From IMG/VR virus record IMGVR_UViG_3300010376_000673, positions 1-28,875 of that record: DNA of 28,875 nt; one strand, written 5' to 3'. A program made the position numbers and the translations under genes. Shown piece after piece: positions 1-7,168 of this stretch. Numbering within the stretch: the stretch's first letter is position 1; every line of letters begins with the position of its first letter. The notes under the pieces are model-generated. The model made no database searches. It was not told the DNA's origin and saw nothing but the letters and a program-made list of their open reading frames with translations. This stretch comes from a virus (lineage: Duplodnaviria; Caudoviricetes).

Positions 1-6
1 CAAAAA

Positions 7-327
7 TCAGCCATGGCGTTGGTTCCTCCGGTATCCGCTCTTGATTTCCCACAGCAATTGCTCGCGATCGGCGGCCGACATGCCCTCGGGCCGCCTGTGC
101 TCCAGCATTTGTTCGTAGGTCCACGGGCTCTCCGGTTCAATGACCGTCTTGGTTTCCGGCGTCCGTTGAGTGGGCTCCAGCGGCGGCGCCTGGTACTTGT
201 TGGCGCCGGTGATCCAGGCCAGCAGCTCGCAGGCCCCAATCAGGATGCCGCCAACCACCATCCCCCCTGCCGGGGCAATCAGAAAGACCGCCAACAGAAA
301 CATCACGGCGAAAGTCAAACTATGCAT
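7..327 (-). CDS. hypothetical membrane protein (106 aa)
   Basis: ATG preceded by GAGGA SD; N-terminal ~40 aa hydrophobic (about two TM helices), then a charged tail. Confidence 0.7.
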   Translation of the reverse strand: MHSLTFAVMFLLAVFLIAPAGGMVVGGILIGACELLAWITGANKYQAPPLEPTQRTPETKTVIEPESPWTYEQMLEHRRPEGMSAADREQLLWEIKSGYRRNQRHG

Positions 328-631
328 TTTTTAGTTCCTCAACTTTAGGGATTTCTGCGCATCAATGACCAGTTGCTGCATATGGCTAATCTGATTTCTC
401 ATTTCTGCTATTTCGTCATCTCTGGCAATGCGCAATTCCAGCAGCTCAGTGAAAACCAGAACTGAAGCGCAATAGACACAAATGGTCAGATCGCCAGAAT
501 TGGGACAGCTAGTTTTTCTTCCATCCTCGGGCGACCCCTCCCTGATTCCATCCAAAATGTGGCCACAGACCGGACAATGGTCCTCCCAGATTTTCAAGGG
601 CGGGCGCAGATTAAGCATTTTTTAGTTCCTC
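324..631. repeat. 17-bp perfect direct repeat GCATTTTTTAGTTCCTC at 324-340 and 615-631
   Basis: Read directly. On the minus strand it is GAGGAACTAAAAAATGC, the SD plus ATG of two consecutive genes. Confidence 0.9.
331..618 (-). CDS. hypothetical Cys-rich, probably Zn-binding protein (95 aa)
   Basis: CPVC and CVYC pairs plus one extra Cys; GGAGG SD; start overlaps the end of the upstream gene. Confidence 0.7.
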   Translation of the reverse strand: MLNLRPPLKIWEDHCPVCGHILDGIREGSPEDGRKTSCPNSGDLTICVYCASVLVFTELLELRIARDDEIAEMRNQISHMQQLVIDAQKSLKLRN

Positions 632-994
632 CGCCAGCACAATGCAGTGTTCCTTTTCGCTGCGGTCCAGGATCCAGCTGGGGGGAAACTGGCCGGCCGC
701 GGTCTGGGTATTGACGCCGGCGCCGGTAAATTCAAACAGCTCCGCAATGGCGGCAATGGCGGCCGGCGAAGGATATTTCGGACCCGTGACCGATACCGAC
801 AGGTGGCGATAGAGCCCGCCTGGTACCGCCGTGTAGGTAAACACACAGCGAAAGCCATGCTCGATGTGCATCACGAAGTTGGGGTCATCGCCGGGCACCT
901 TGCCGCTTCCCGGCCGGTAGATGTTGCGCCGCGCATGCTGCATCAACTGCGCGGCGTGCATCCTGGTCACATCGTCAATCACTAACGGCCGCAT
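611..994 (-). CDS. phage hypothetical protein (127 aa, HLSVS..YPS motif)
   Basis: Start moved to ATG at 994 (MRPLVIDD) behind AAGGAGG. HLSVSV-TGPKYPS resembles a small phage protein family of unknown function. Confidence 0.65.
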   Translation of the reverse strand: MRPLVIDDVTRMHAAQLMQHARRNIYRPGSGKVPGDDPNFVMHIEHGFRCVFTYTAVPGGLYRHLSVSVTGPKYPSPAAIAAIAELFEFTGAGVNTQTAAGQFPPSWILDRSEKEHCIVLAEELKNA

Positions 995-1280
995 CACTCG
1001 CCCCCTCCTTTTTCTTGTCCAGACCATTGGCCGCGCGGATCCGCGCGGCGGCGTCGGGCAGGATCTTTTCAAGCACATCCTTGGCGTGGGTGCCCAAGGC
1101 GTTGCAGATTCTATAAAAAACTATGACGGGAACATCGGCGCCGGCTTCATAGCGCGCCAGGCTGTTGCGGTGGATCCCGATTTCCCCGGCCAGCTGTTCC
1201 TGGGTCTTGTTCTGCTTGAGGCGCAGGCGGCAAATCTCGCGGCCCAGCTTGCGCTGAAACTTTTCTTGCGTGATGGTCAC
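975..1280 (-). CDS. XRE/Cro-C1-type HTH transcriptional regulator
   Basis: LGREICRLRLKQNKTQEQLAGEIGIHRNSLARYEAG fits the HTH_3 pattern; start overlaps the stop of the loader gene by 4 nt. Confidence 0.9.
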   Translation of the reverse strand: MTITQEKFQRKLGREICRLRLKQNKTQEQLAGEIGIHRNSLARYEAGADVPVIVFYRICNALGTHAKDVLEKILPDAAARIRAANGLDKKKEGASDAAVSD

Positions 1281-1987
1281 TTGCTCACTCTCCAGTCCGG
1301 TCCATTCATTTCCACGCCCACGGTCATTTCCTGCAGGCGGCTGAACATGCGCGCGCCGATGCGGTCGCCCAGGGTTTCCGGGCGCGCGGCGCGCTCGTAC
1401 ACCGTGCCCCCCGCGCCGTTGCCCTGGTTGGGCAGGTTGGTGGTCACAATCAGGGGCACGCGCCGGTTATAGAGCCCGCCGATCACCAGCTCGATGGTTT
1501 CAAAGGCCCAATCCGTGGGCCGGCTGGCGCCCAGGTCATCGACTACCACCAGGTCTGCCCAATACAGCGGCCGCAATATCTGCTCCTGGCTCTCGCGGGC
1601 GTCGTCGTTGTAGCTCGATCGCAACCGCTCCAGCATTTCGCGTATGTCCACAAAGCACCCCTCGATGCCCTTCTGCTCAATCAGCCGGCGAAGGATGCCC
1701 ACGGCCAGGTGGGTTTTCCCCGTGCCCGTGGTCCCCGAGAGCAGCAGGCCGGTTGCGCTCTTGCTGCCGGGTAAAAATTCCTCGCAAAAACGCCGCGCCA
1801 TGTGCCACGCCGCCGCAGTGTGCGGCCGGCATTCGAAGTTATCCAGGCCGGCCGCCTGGTAGCCGGCCGGGATCCCGGCTTTCTGGATCCGCGCCCGCGC
1901 CTGCGCTTCGAACTGGCAGCTGCAGGCGCGGCTGGCGTTGCCCACCCGGATCAGACCCAGCCCGTGACACTGGCTACAGGTGGCCAT
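1277..1987 (-). CDS. DnaC/IstB-like AAA+ ATPase (helicase loader) with N-terminal Zn finger
   Basis: Start at ATG 1987 (MATCSQCHG..CSC) behind GGAGG; Walker A GTTGTGKT, Walker B LVVVDDLG, TTN sensor, RMFSRL, C-terminal GPDWR. Confidence 0.9.
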   Translation of the reverse strand: MATCSQCHGLGLIRVGNASRACSCQFEAQARARIQKAGIPAGYQAAGLDNFECRPHTAAAWHMARRFCEEFLPGSKSATGLLLSGTTGTGKTHLAVGILRRLIEQKGIEGCFVDIREMLERLRSSYNDDARESQEQILRPLYWADLVVVDDLGASRPTDWAFETIELVIGGLYNRRVPLIVTTNLPNQGNGAGGTVYERAARPETLGDRIGARMFSRLQEMTVGVEMNGPDWRVSK

Positions 1988-2261
1988 TCCCGCCCCTCCG
2001 CGGCCCCTTAGAGGCGTCGCCGGCCTTTTTTGGCCTCCTACCCTTAGCGGAACCCTCGCGCGCTGTCTCGGGGCTATAGGGCACGATCCTGGCCATGTGC
2101 AGCGCCGTACCGCCGCGGTTGCAGGCCTCCAGCGCCGCCCAGCGGTTCGCGTAGCGCTCCGCCTTCTCCACTCCCGGCCCCACCCGCAATTCCGCGGGCA
2201 CGCCCACAAAGCCGCGCACATAGAAGCCGTCGCGCGTCTCGATCACGAATTCCTTGGTCAT
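1974..2261 (-). CDS. hypothetical protein (95 aa)
   Basis: Start at ATG 2261 (MTKEFVIE) with GAGGA SD and ATGA overlap with the upstream stop. Confidence 0.6.
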   Translation of the reverse strand: MTKEFVIETRDGFYVRGFVGVPAELRVGPGVEKAERYANRWAALEACNRGGTALHMARIVPYSPETAREGSAKGRRPKKAGDASKGPRRGGNGHL

Positions 2262-2524
2262 TGTTCGTCCTCGGGGAAATGGCCTGGAGGTTCGACACTG
2301 TGCGGATTGCCGCCCCACCAATGGCCCGAATCTGCAGCCGATTTGTGTATTTTCGCCTTTTCTTCTCCTTCGGGGGAAAGGCCGAGTTTGCGCTGGAGAA
2401 GCATTTCCGCCATAATTCGCGTTTCCTCGGTATGGCGAAAAATGCGGCGCGCCAGCAGCAGGTTGGTGATGCCATCGAACAGCGCCGCGACCGCCAGAAC
2501 TAAAAGCGTCCAGCCTACGGTCAT
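2258..2524 (-). CDS. small single-TM membrane protein (88 aa)
   Basis: Hydrophobic N-terminus MTVGWTLLVLAVAALFDGITNLLLA; ATGA overlaps at both ends. Confidence 0.65.
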   Translation of the reverse strand: MTVGWTLLVLAVAALFDGITNLLLARRIFRHTEETRIMAEMLLQRKLGLSPEGEEKAKIHKSAADSGHWWGGNPHSVEPPGHFPEDEQ

Positions 2525-2979
2525 GGCTGCCTCGCCGCGGTCGCCGCCTGCGCGCCGGCGTCGTCTACCTCTTCACAGCACAGCGCCACCTGGTCGGCCC
2601 AATCGCTCAGGTCCTCGCGCATCATGGCGAGCGCGGCCAGCTCATTGGGTGCCTCGATCACCGCGCCGCTGGGGGAAGCGGCGCTGTCTACAGTGACATG
2701 GGTTTCGGGCGGCATTGGTTCCACCTCGCGGCATTTCGCGTCATTTGTGCCCAGGCGCAAAGACCCGTTTTTCCCGACCACCCCGATCGCGGCGAGCTCG
2801 CAAGTTTCCTGCCCGACAATCAAATCGATCAACTCGTTGGGGTCGGCGTCTAAGTCGTCGATTGGGGTATGGGCATCGGGGTCGAATTCTTGCCCGTCGA
2901 GAATCATGCGCGGGGGCAAGTTGGTTTCCATATCGCGGGTGCGCTCGTCGATATAGTCTTTTAGTTCTTCGTTGGTCAC
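2521..2979 (-). CDS. acidic hypothetical protein (152 aa)
   Basis: GTG at 2979 overlaps the TGA of the ATPase gene (GTGA) with a GGAGG SD; strongly D/E-rich. Confidence 0.65.
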   Translation of the reverse strand: MTNEELKDYIDERTRDMETNLPPRMILDGQEFDPDAHTPIDDLDADPNELIDLIVGQETCELAAIGVVGKNGSLRLGTNDAKCREVEPMPPETHVTVDSAASPSGAVIEAPNELAALAMMREDLSDWADQVALCCEEVDDAGAQAATAARQP

Positions 2980-4328
2980 GCCGATACCTCCGCCTCGTTG
3001 CGAGCCACAATCATGCCGTCCTCTAGCACCAGGCCCACCTTGCCCGACGAATCCACGCGCGCCATCCACACCTGGTAGTCGTGCTGCTCGGCCAGCGAAG
3101 CTATAACTTTTAGTCCGTCCTCATCGAGCGCTTCCCCGTGGCGAATGCAGATCACCCGCAGCTTGGGGTTGCCGGCCATGGCAATCAGCGTGGAAATGCG
3201 AATCTGCTCGCCTTCGCCCAGGTTCCCCAGCGCGCGGCCGTTGTACTTCACTTCCGTCTCATCGAAGGTCAGCCCTTCTACCGGGATCCTGGCCTTGCCT
3301 ACCGCGGTGCGCTTCTTCTCTTCGCGCGCTTCCATCTGCCGGGTCAGGTCCTCGGCCTGGCGCTGCTTGGCGTCCAGCTTCTTCTGCAGCTGGTCATACT
3401 GCGCGCGCACGTCAATAGCGCGGTTGGTGCGCTGCACGCTCTGCAGCTCCGCAGTGAGCGCCGCCACGTCCACGGGCTCGCCGGCCGGCGCCGCCTGGAA
3501 TGCCGCCTCTGCCTGCTTGCGCTGTTCCTCCAGGCCTTCGTATTCCTTGGTCAAGGCATCCAGCTTCTTGCGCGCCGCCTTCAGCTGTTCCTCGATCATG
3601 GCAATGGCCTTGGTCTGGGTTTCGATTTCGTCCAGCTTGCGCACCTTGTCCACTCCCAGGCGCGCGGCTTTGGCGCCCAGCTCCTGCCGGGCCTGAAAGA
3701 TTTCCTGCGCCTTGCGGTTGGCTTCCCCGGCCTGCTCCAGCTTGCCCAGGATGGCGGCTTCGTCCAGCTTTTCCTTGGGCAGCCCCTGCAGCACATGCAA
3801 GCCCTTCATCTGCGCTTCCACTTCGTCGGCCTCCAGCTTGACGCGGCGGCGGGCGTCGTAATCCTCCTTGTTGGCGGCGGCGACGGCGTCAAAGTCCAGA
3901 TCAATCTTGGCGGTCTTGCGCAGCTCCGCAACCTGCTCCTTGGCGTCCATGTGGATGAAGGCCAGCGGATCAAAAGTAAGCGAAGTAAAAAGATCGTCGA
4001 GAAAATCCTGCGGCGTGGCGGCGCGCTTGCCGTTGACCATCTCCAGCTTCAGGGTGGGCGGGTTCCCTTCCCGGCCCAGCGAGCGAGTCACAATGCAGTC
4101 GCCCAGGTTGAGCCGTACCTTCATGCGCTCGGCGCCGTCGCGCACAATGCTGCCCTTGTTGGCGGGCAGCGCCTTCTGTCCCTTGAGCGCAAACCACAGC
4201 GCGTCGAGCACGCTGGTTTTGCCCTGCCCGTTCTTGCCGGTCAGCATCACCACGCGGCCGCTGGGATGGATCGCCACTACGCGGATCCGCTTATAGTTCT
4301 CCACGTTCAATTCCACAATGTGCTTCAT
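2976..4328 (-). CDS. SMC/Rad50/RecF-like ABC-type ATPase with central coiled coil
   Basis: N-terminal VENYKRI, Walker A GKNGQGKTS, long coiled coil, signature-like LGEGEQ, degenerate Walker B/D-loop ICIRHGEALD. Confidence 0.85.
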   Translation of the reverse strand: MKHIVELNVENYKRIRVVAIHPSGRVVMLTGKNGQGKTSVLDALWFALKGQKALPANKGSIVRDGAERMKVRLNLGDCIVTRSLGREGNPPTLKLEMVNGKRAATPQDFLDDLFTSLTFDPLAFIHMDAKEQVAELRKTAKIDLDFDAVAAANKEDYDARRRVKLEADEVEAQMKGLHVLQGLPKEKLDEAAILGKLEQAGEANRKAQEIFQARQELGAKAARLGVDKVRKLDEIETQTKAIAMIEEQLKAARKKLDALTKEYEGLEEQRKQAEAAFQAAPAGEPVDVAALTAELQSVQRTNRAIDVRAQYDQLQKKLDAKQRQAEDLTRQMEAREEKKRTAVGKARIPVEGLTFDETEVKYNGRALGNLGEGEQIRISTLIAMAGNPKLRVICIRHGEALDEDGLKVIASLAEQHDYQVWMARVDSSGKVGLVLEDGMIVARNEAEVSA

Positions 4329-4331
4329 TTG

Positions 4332-4619
4332 TTACTTTCCTTCCATGCGGTTCAATCTGCGCTCATGACTCTCTACCAAGGTTTGCAAGCGCTGGCCTTC
4401 AGCGGCCATGATTTCCACGCTTTGCGCCAGCCCTTCGTGGCGTTCACCTATCCGTTTCAGAATTTGGTTCGTCTCGGCCAGGGTTTGAATGGTTTCCTGC
4501 AATAACGCTTCCATGCGATCGAGGCGGTTAGGCTGAGCAAAGCCCTTGGCTATCTTCAGCGTTTCCTCTATCCGTGCAAAGCGTTGCTCACTGCTCATTC
4601 CAGCAATTTCATCGGTCAT
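4332..4619 (-). CDS. small coiled-coil hypothetical protein, first gene of the early operon
   Basis: Heptad-like sequence (RLDRMEALLQETIQTLAE..HERRLNRMEG). ATG 4619 lies 7 nt below a -10 box; alternative start at 4628. Confidence 0.65.
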   Translation of the reverse strand: MTDEIAGMSSEQRFARIEETLKIAKGFAQPNRLDRMEALLQETIQTLAETNQILKRIGERHEGLAQSVEIMAAEGQRLQTLVESHERRLNRMEGK

Positions 4620-4626
4620 GCCATGC

Positions 4627-4659
4627 ATAATATCTTGTGCATCGCTCCATGCACAAGAT
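4627..4659 (-). promoter_or_regulatory. sigma70-like promoter (TTGTGC-N18-TATTAT) overlapped by an 11-bp inverted repeat (putative operator)
   Basis: -35 at 4651-4656 and -10 at 4627-4632 on the minus strand; ATCTTGTGCAT (4632-4642), 6-nt spacer, ATGCACAAGAT (4649-4659). Confidence 0.7.
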
Positions 4660-4707
4660 GTTGTGAAAAAATATCGGGAGAATATAGCTGGGATATAGTT
4701 TCCCTAT

Positions 4708-4748
4708 AAAAAAAGGCCCGGCCGCGGAACCCAAATGCAAGCCAGGCC
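4708..4748 (-). terminator. intrinsic terminator closing the late operon
   Basis: Minus-strand GGCCTGGC...GCCGGGCC stem (8 bp, one G-U) followed by T7, downstream of the last late gene. Confidence 0.75.
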
Positions 4749-4798
4749 AAATGTGAGTTGTTGGTTAGTTTATCTGAGGTTTTTACTCAGACTCGCGA

Positions 4799-4945
4799 TT
4801 AGGACTCCTCCTTTCCTTGGGATTGACGAACATCTTTCCGCCTGTCGTTATGGTCATCCCGGCCGGCCCGACATAGGCCCAGGAGCAGTAATCCAAACAT
4901 CGTTCCCACACTCAAGCAGAGAATCGTCCAGGGCAAATCCGTCAC
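4799..4945 (-). CDS. small single-TM protein (48 aa)
   Basis: GTG 4945 overlaps the upstream TGA (GTGA); WTILCLSVGTMFGLLLLGLC followed by a charged tail. Confidence 0.55.
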   Translation of the reverse strand: MTDLPWTILCLSVGTMFGLLLLGLCRAGRDDHNDRRKDVRQSQGKEES

Positions 4946-6906
4946 GGCCGGCGCCTCCGGTGCCACCATAGCCAGGCGCCGCTCGCCATCAAAATGGGCA
5001 ACCAGATCACTAAGCCCACAAGAATCACAATCTTCCATGTCCAGCCGTCCACGGCACGCTGCACGCATGGGCAGGGCTCAGGCTGCGGCGGGATGGGGAT
5101 CGCTTCTCCCAGCCGCGTCCAGAATGCGAACGTGGCGCCGTTCGAACCGGGGTCCACATTCCAGGTCGAGCCCCACACCAGCTGGGTGAAGTCGCGATTT
5201 ACCGCGGTGTGCGGCTCGGCGTTATAGTCCCCGTCACGAATCGCCATGGTACGCCCGATGCGCCAGAATTTTATATCGCTGTTATCGACGTCGCGCGCGT
5301 CAATCCGCACGGCGAAATTTTCCATGGCCCCAAAACCGGTATCGCCGCAGCTCAGGCAGCGCACATCGGCCGCGCTGGAATGCGCCGCCGCAAAGGTGGC
5401 CGTGGCCATCGAGCCTGTGGCCGCCGTCCAGGTCACCGATTCCATGGCGGGCTTGGCGTCCACCGTCGAAACTACGCCGGCCGCGATCTGCGCCATGCTC
5501 GCCGGCGTCACCGTGGCCTCGCCTGGCTGCACCGCCGTACCCAGCGCCGTACCGGGCGGATACTGCGGCGCCGTCCCATAGGCAGGCCCGGCCATAATCA
5601 TGGTGCTTACCAGGCCGTAGCCGGGCAGGTTCCAGGCGGTCATGGAGATGTGCGAGGCGCCATGCTTGCCGGTCAAGCTGGTGCCGCTGCAGCTGGGCTG
5701 GCGCGCGTAGCTGCAGGGCATCAGGTACCGCTTGTAGGTCTGGTGATCGGGCGCTACCTTGGTCAGATCCACTACCGAGATGGCGCGCTCGTCGTTGAGG
5801 TCGTTGCGATAGGACGCAATGCCCACGAATACCGGCACGCCGTTTATGTCATAGCCGTTGTCCTGGTGGCCGGGATAAGGCAGCGCCACGCCCAGATAGT
5901 TATAGTTCGGATCGAAGGCTTCCACGCCCAGGCCGCGGGTCCAGTTTGCATCCCGCGCGCCGCCCTGCCAGATGACGGTAATGAAGCGCGCGTCAGGATG
6001 CTGGTTCATCCTGAATAAATTGCGGCGCAGGCCGGTGGTCGCCCAGGTCCCGCAACCCGTGGGAACCTGCCCAGGACATACCTTGTACCACTTGTCCTGG
6101 TGCGTCACCTGGTCGCTCTGCCGGTCGTAGCGGATAAAGTCAATCTCATGCCGGCCGGTCCCATCCACCGCGTCGCAACTAAAACTAAAATAGCGGTCGG
6201 TCGCGTCGAACATGCCGCCCTGCGCGCCGGATCCCGTCTCGATCTGGTTGCCCGGCACGCCCGCGGGAATGTCGCCGCCCGTCGCATCGGACATACACGA
6301 AAAGGTATGAACTAAAGTCGAAACTAAACCGCAGGCCTGCGCCGTGCATGCGCTCACGTCCACAGAGCGCAGCTCCAGCCCGTGCCCGCTCGATCGGTTG
6401 GGCACATAAAAAATCTTGTGCGGGTCCGTATTCGACCACAGCACATCGAGCGATACCGGCAGCATCAGGCCCACATCGGGAGTAATGCGGTTGATGTATT
6501 TGGGCGGCGTCTGCGAGCTGTCGTAAAGAATTGCGTAGCCGGCATAGTCGGTTAAAAACATGCGGCTGCCATCTGTGTTCCAGGCCTGCACGCGCGAATA
6601 GGTGCTCATGGCTTCCTGATTGGTGAGCGGTGCCGCCAGGCGCCAGGTCGTCGTCCCAAACGTGGCATCGCTCCAGCTGGCGCCCACGGCCGGCAATGGC
6701 GGCATGGGCCAGGTGGCGCAGGGTACCGTGCCCCCACAGGTATAGTCATCCGGCGTAGTGTGCAACTTCTCAAACTGCGGCGGCACGGTCTGCGCCTGCA
6801 CCCAGAGGGGAACCGCTACCAGCAGGAGCAGGACTTTGTGCTGGTAGATCCAGTAGGATGTGCGCTCCAGCAGATCGTACAGCCAATACCACAATCGCCT
6901 TTTCAT
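4942..6906 (-). CDS. exported beta-propeller-like protein with C-terminal TM anchor (654 aa)
   Basis: N-terminal hydrophobic stretch ending VQA/Q; blade-like motifs YSRVQAWNTDGSRMFL and AEPHTAVNRDFTQLVWGSTW; many Cys pairs; Pro linker, TM helix and HRRRRP at the C-terminus. Confidence 0.7.
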   Translation of the reverse strand: MKRRLWYWLYDLLERTSYWIYQHKVLLLLVAVPLWVQAQTVPPQFEKLHTTPDDYTCGGTVPCATWPMPPLPAVGASWSDATFGTTTWRLAAPLTNQEAMSTYSRVQAWNTDGSRMFLTDYAGYAILYDSSQTPPKYINRITPDVGLMLPVSLDVLWSNTDPHKIFYVPNRSSGHGLELRSVDVSACTAQACGLVSTLVHTFSCMSDATGGDIPAGVPGNQIETGSGAQGGMFDATDRYFSFSCDAVDGTGRHEIDFIRYDRQSDQVTHQDKWYKVCPGQVPTGCGTWATTGLRRNLFRMNQHPDARFITVIWQGGARDANWTRGLGVEAFDPNYNYLGVALPYPGHQDNGYDINGVPVFVGIASYRNDLNDERAISVVDLTKVAPDHQTYKRYLMPCSYARQPSCSGTSLTGKHGASHISMTAWNLPGYGLVSTMIMAGPAYGTAPQYPPGTALGTAVQPGEATVTPASMAQIAAGVVSTVDAKPAMESVTWTAATGSMATATFAAAHSSAADVRCLSCGDTGFGAMENFAVRIDARDVDNSDIKFWRIGRTMAIRDGDYNAEPHTAVNRDFTQLVWGSTWNVDPGSNGATFAFWTRLGEAIPIPPQPEPCPCVQRAVDGWTWKIVILVGLVIWLPILMASGAWLWWHRRRRP

Positions 6907-7157
6907 TTCTTCTCCGCGACCTTGGGCTGCAGTTTTTCCAGTTCCGCATCGGCGGCGGCCTTGTCCTTCTGCGCCTGCTCGAAAGCCTGTTGCATGAGTT
7001 GGCCTTGCGATTGCAGAAATTGCAACTTCAGCGCGGCATTTTCGGCGCGCAGTTTGGCGTTTTCGAGCTTCATGGCCGCGCAGGGATCAGGGCCGGCGTG
7101 ATCCTCGGCCCACAGCACGGCGCCCAACAATAATGAAGCTATCCACACTTTCCGCAT
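6903..7157 (-). CDS. small exported or membrane-anchored coiled-coil protein (84 aa)
   Basis: ATG 7157 behind GGAGG; MRKVWIASLLLGAVLWA signal-like sequence, then a continuous coiled coil. Confidence 0.7.
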   Translation of the reverse strand: MRKVWIASLLLGAVLWAEDHAGPDPCAAMKLENAKLRAENAALKLQFLQSQGQLMQQAFEQAQKDKAAADAELEKLQPKVAEKK

Positions 7158-7168
7158 GATTCCTCCAC

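Noticed and set aside
1277-1987. IS21 IstB helper interpretation of the AAA+ gene
   Set aside because: No IstA transposase or terminal inverted repeats; Zn finger and phage context favour a DnaC-like loader.
3138-4505. 455-aa plus-strand ORF
   Set aside because: Antisense shadow of the ATPase gene, typical of GC-rich DNA; no motifs and no ATG/SD support.
4765-4791. Hairpin TCTGAG-N7-CTCAGA followed by TAAACTAA, superficially like a preQ1-I riboswitch
   Set aside because: The loop lacks the bases needed for the pseudoknot and ligand binding, and there is no queuosine gene nearby; it may only be a short palindrome.
6903-7157. Call as a spanin
   Set aside because: The coiled coil fits an i-spanin, but no lipobox or partner o-spanin was found; left as hypothetical.
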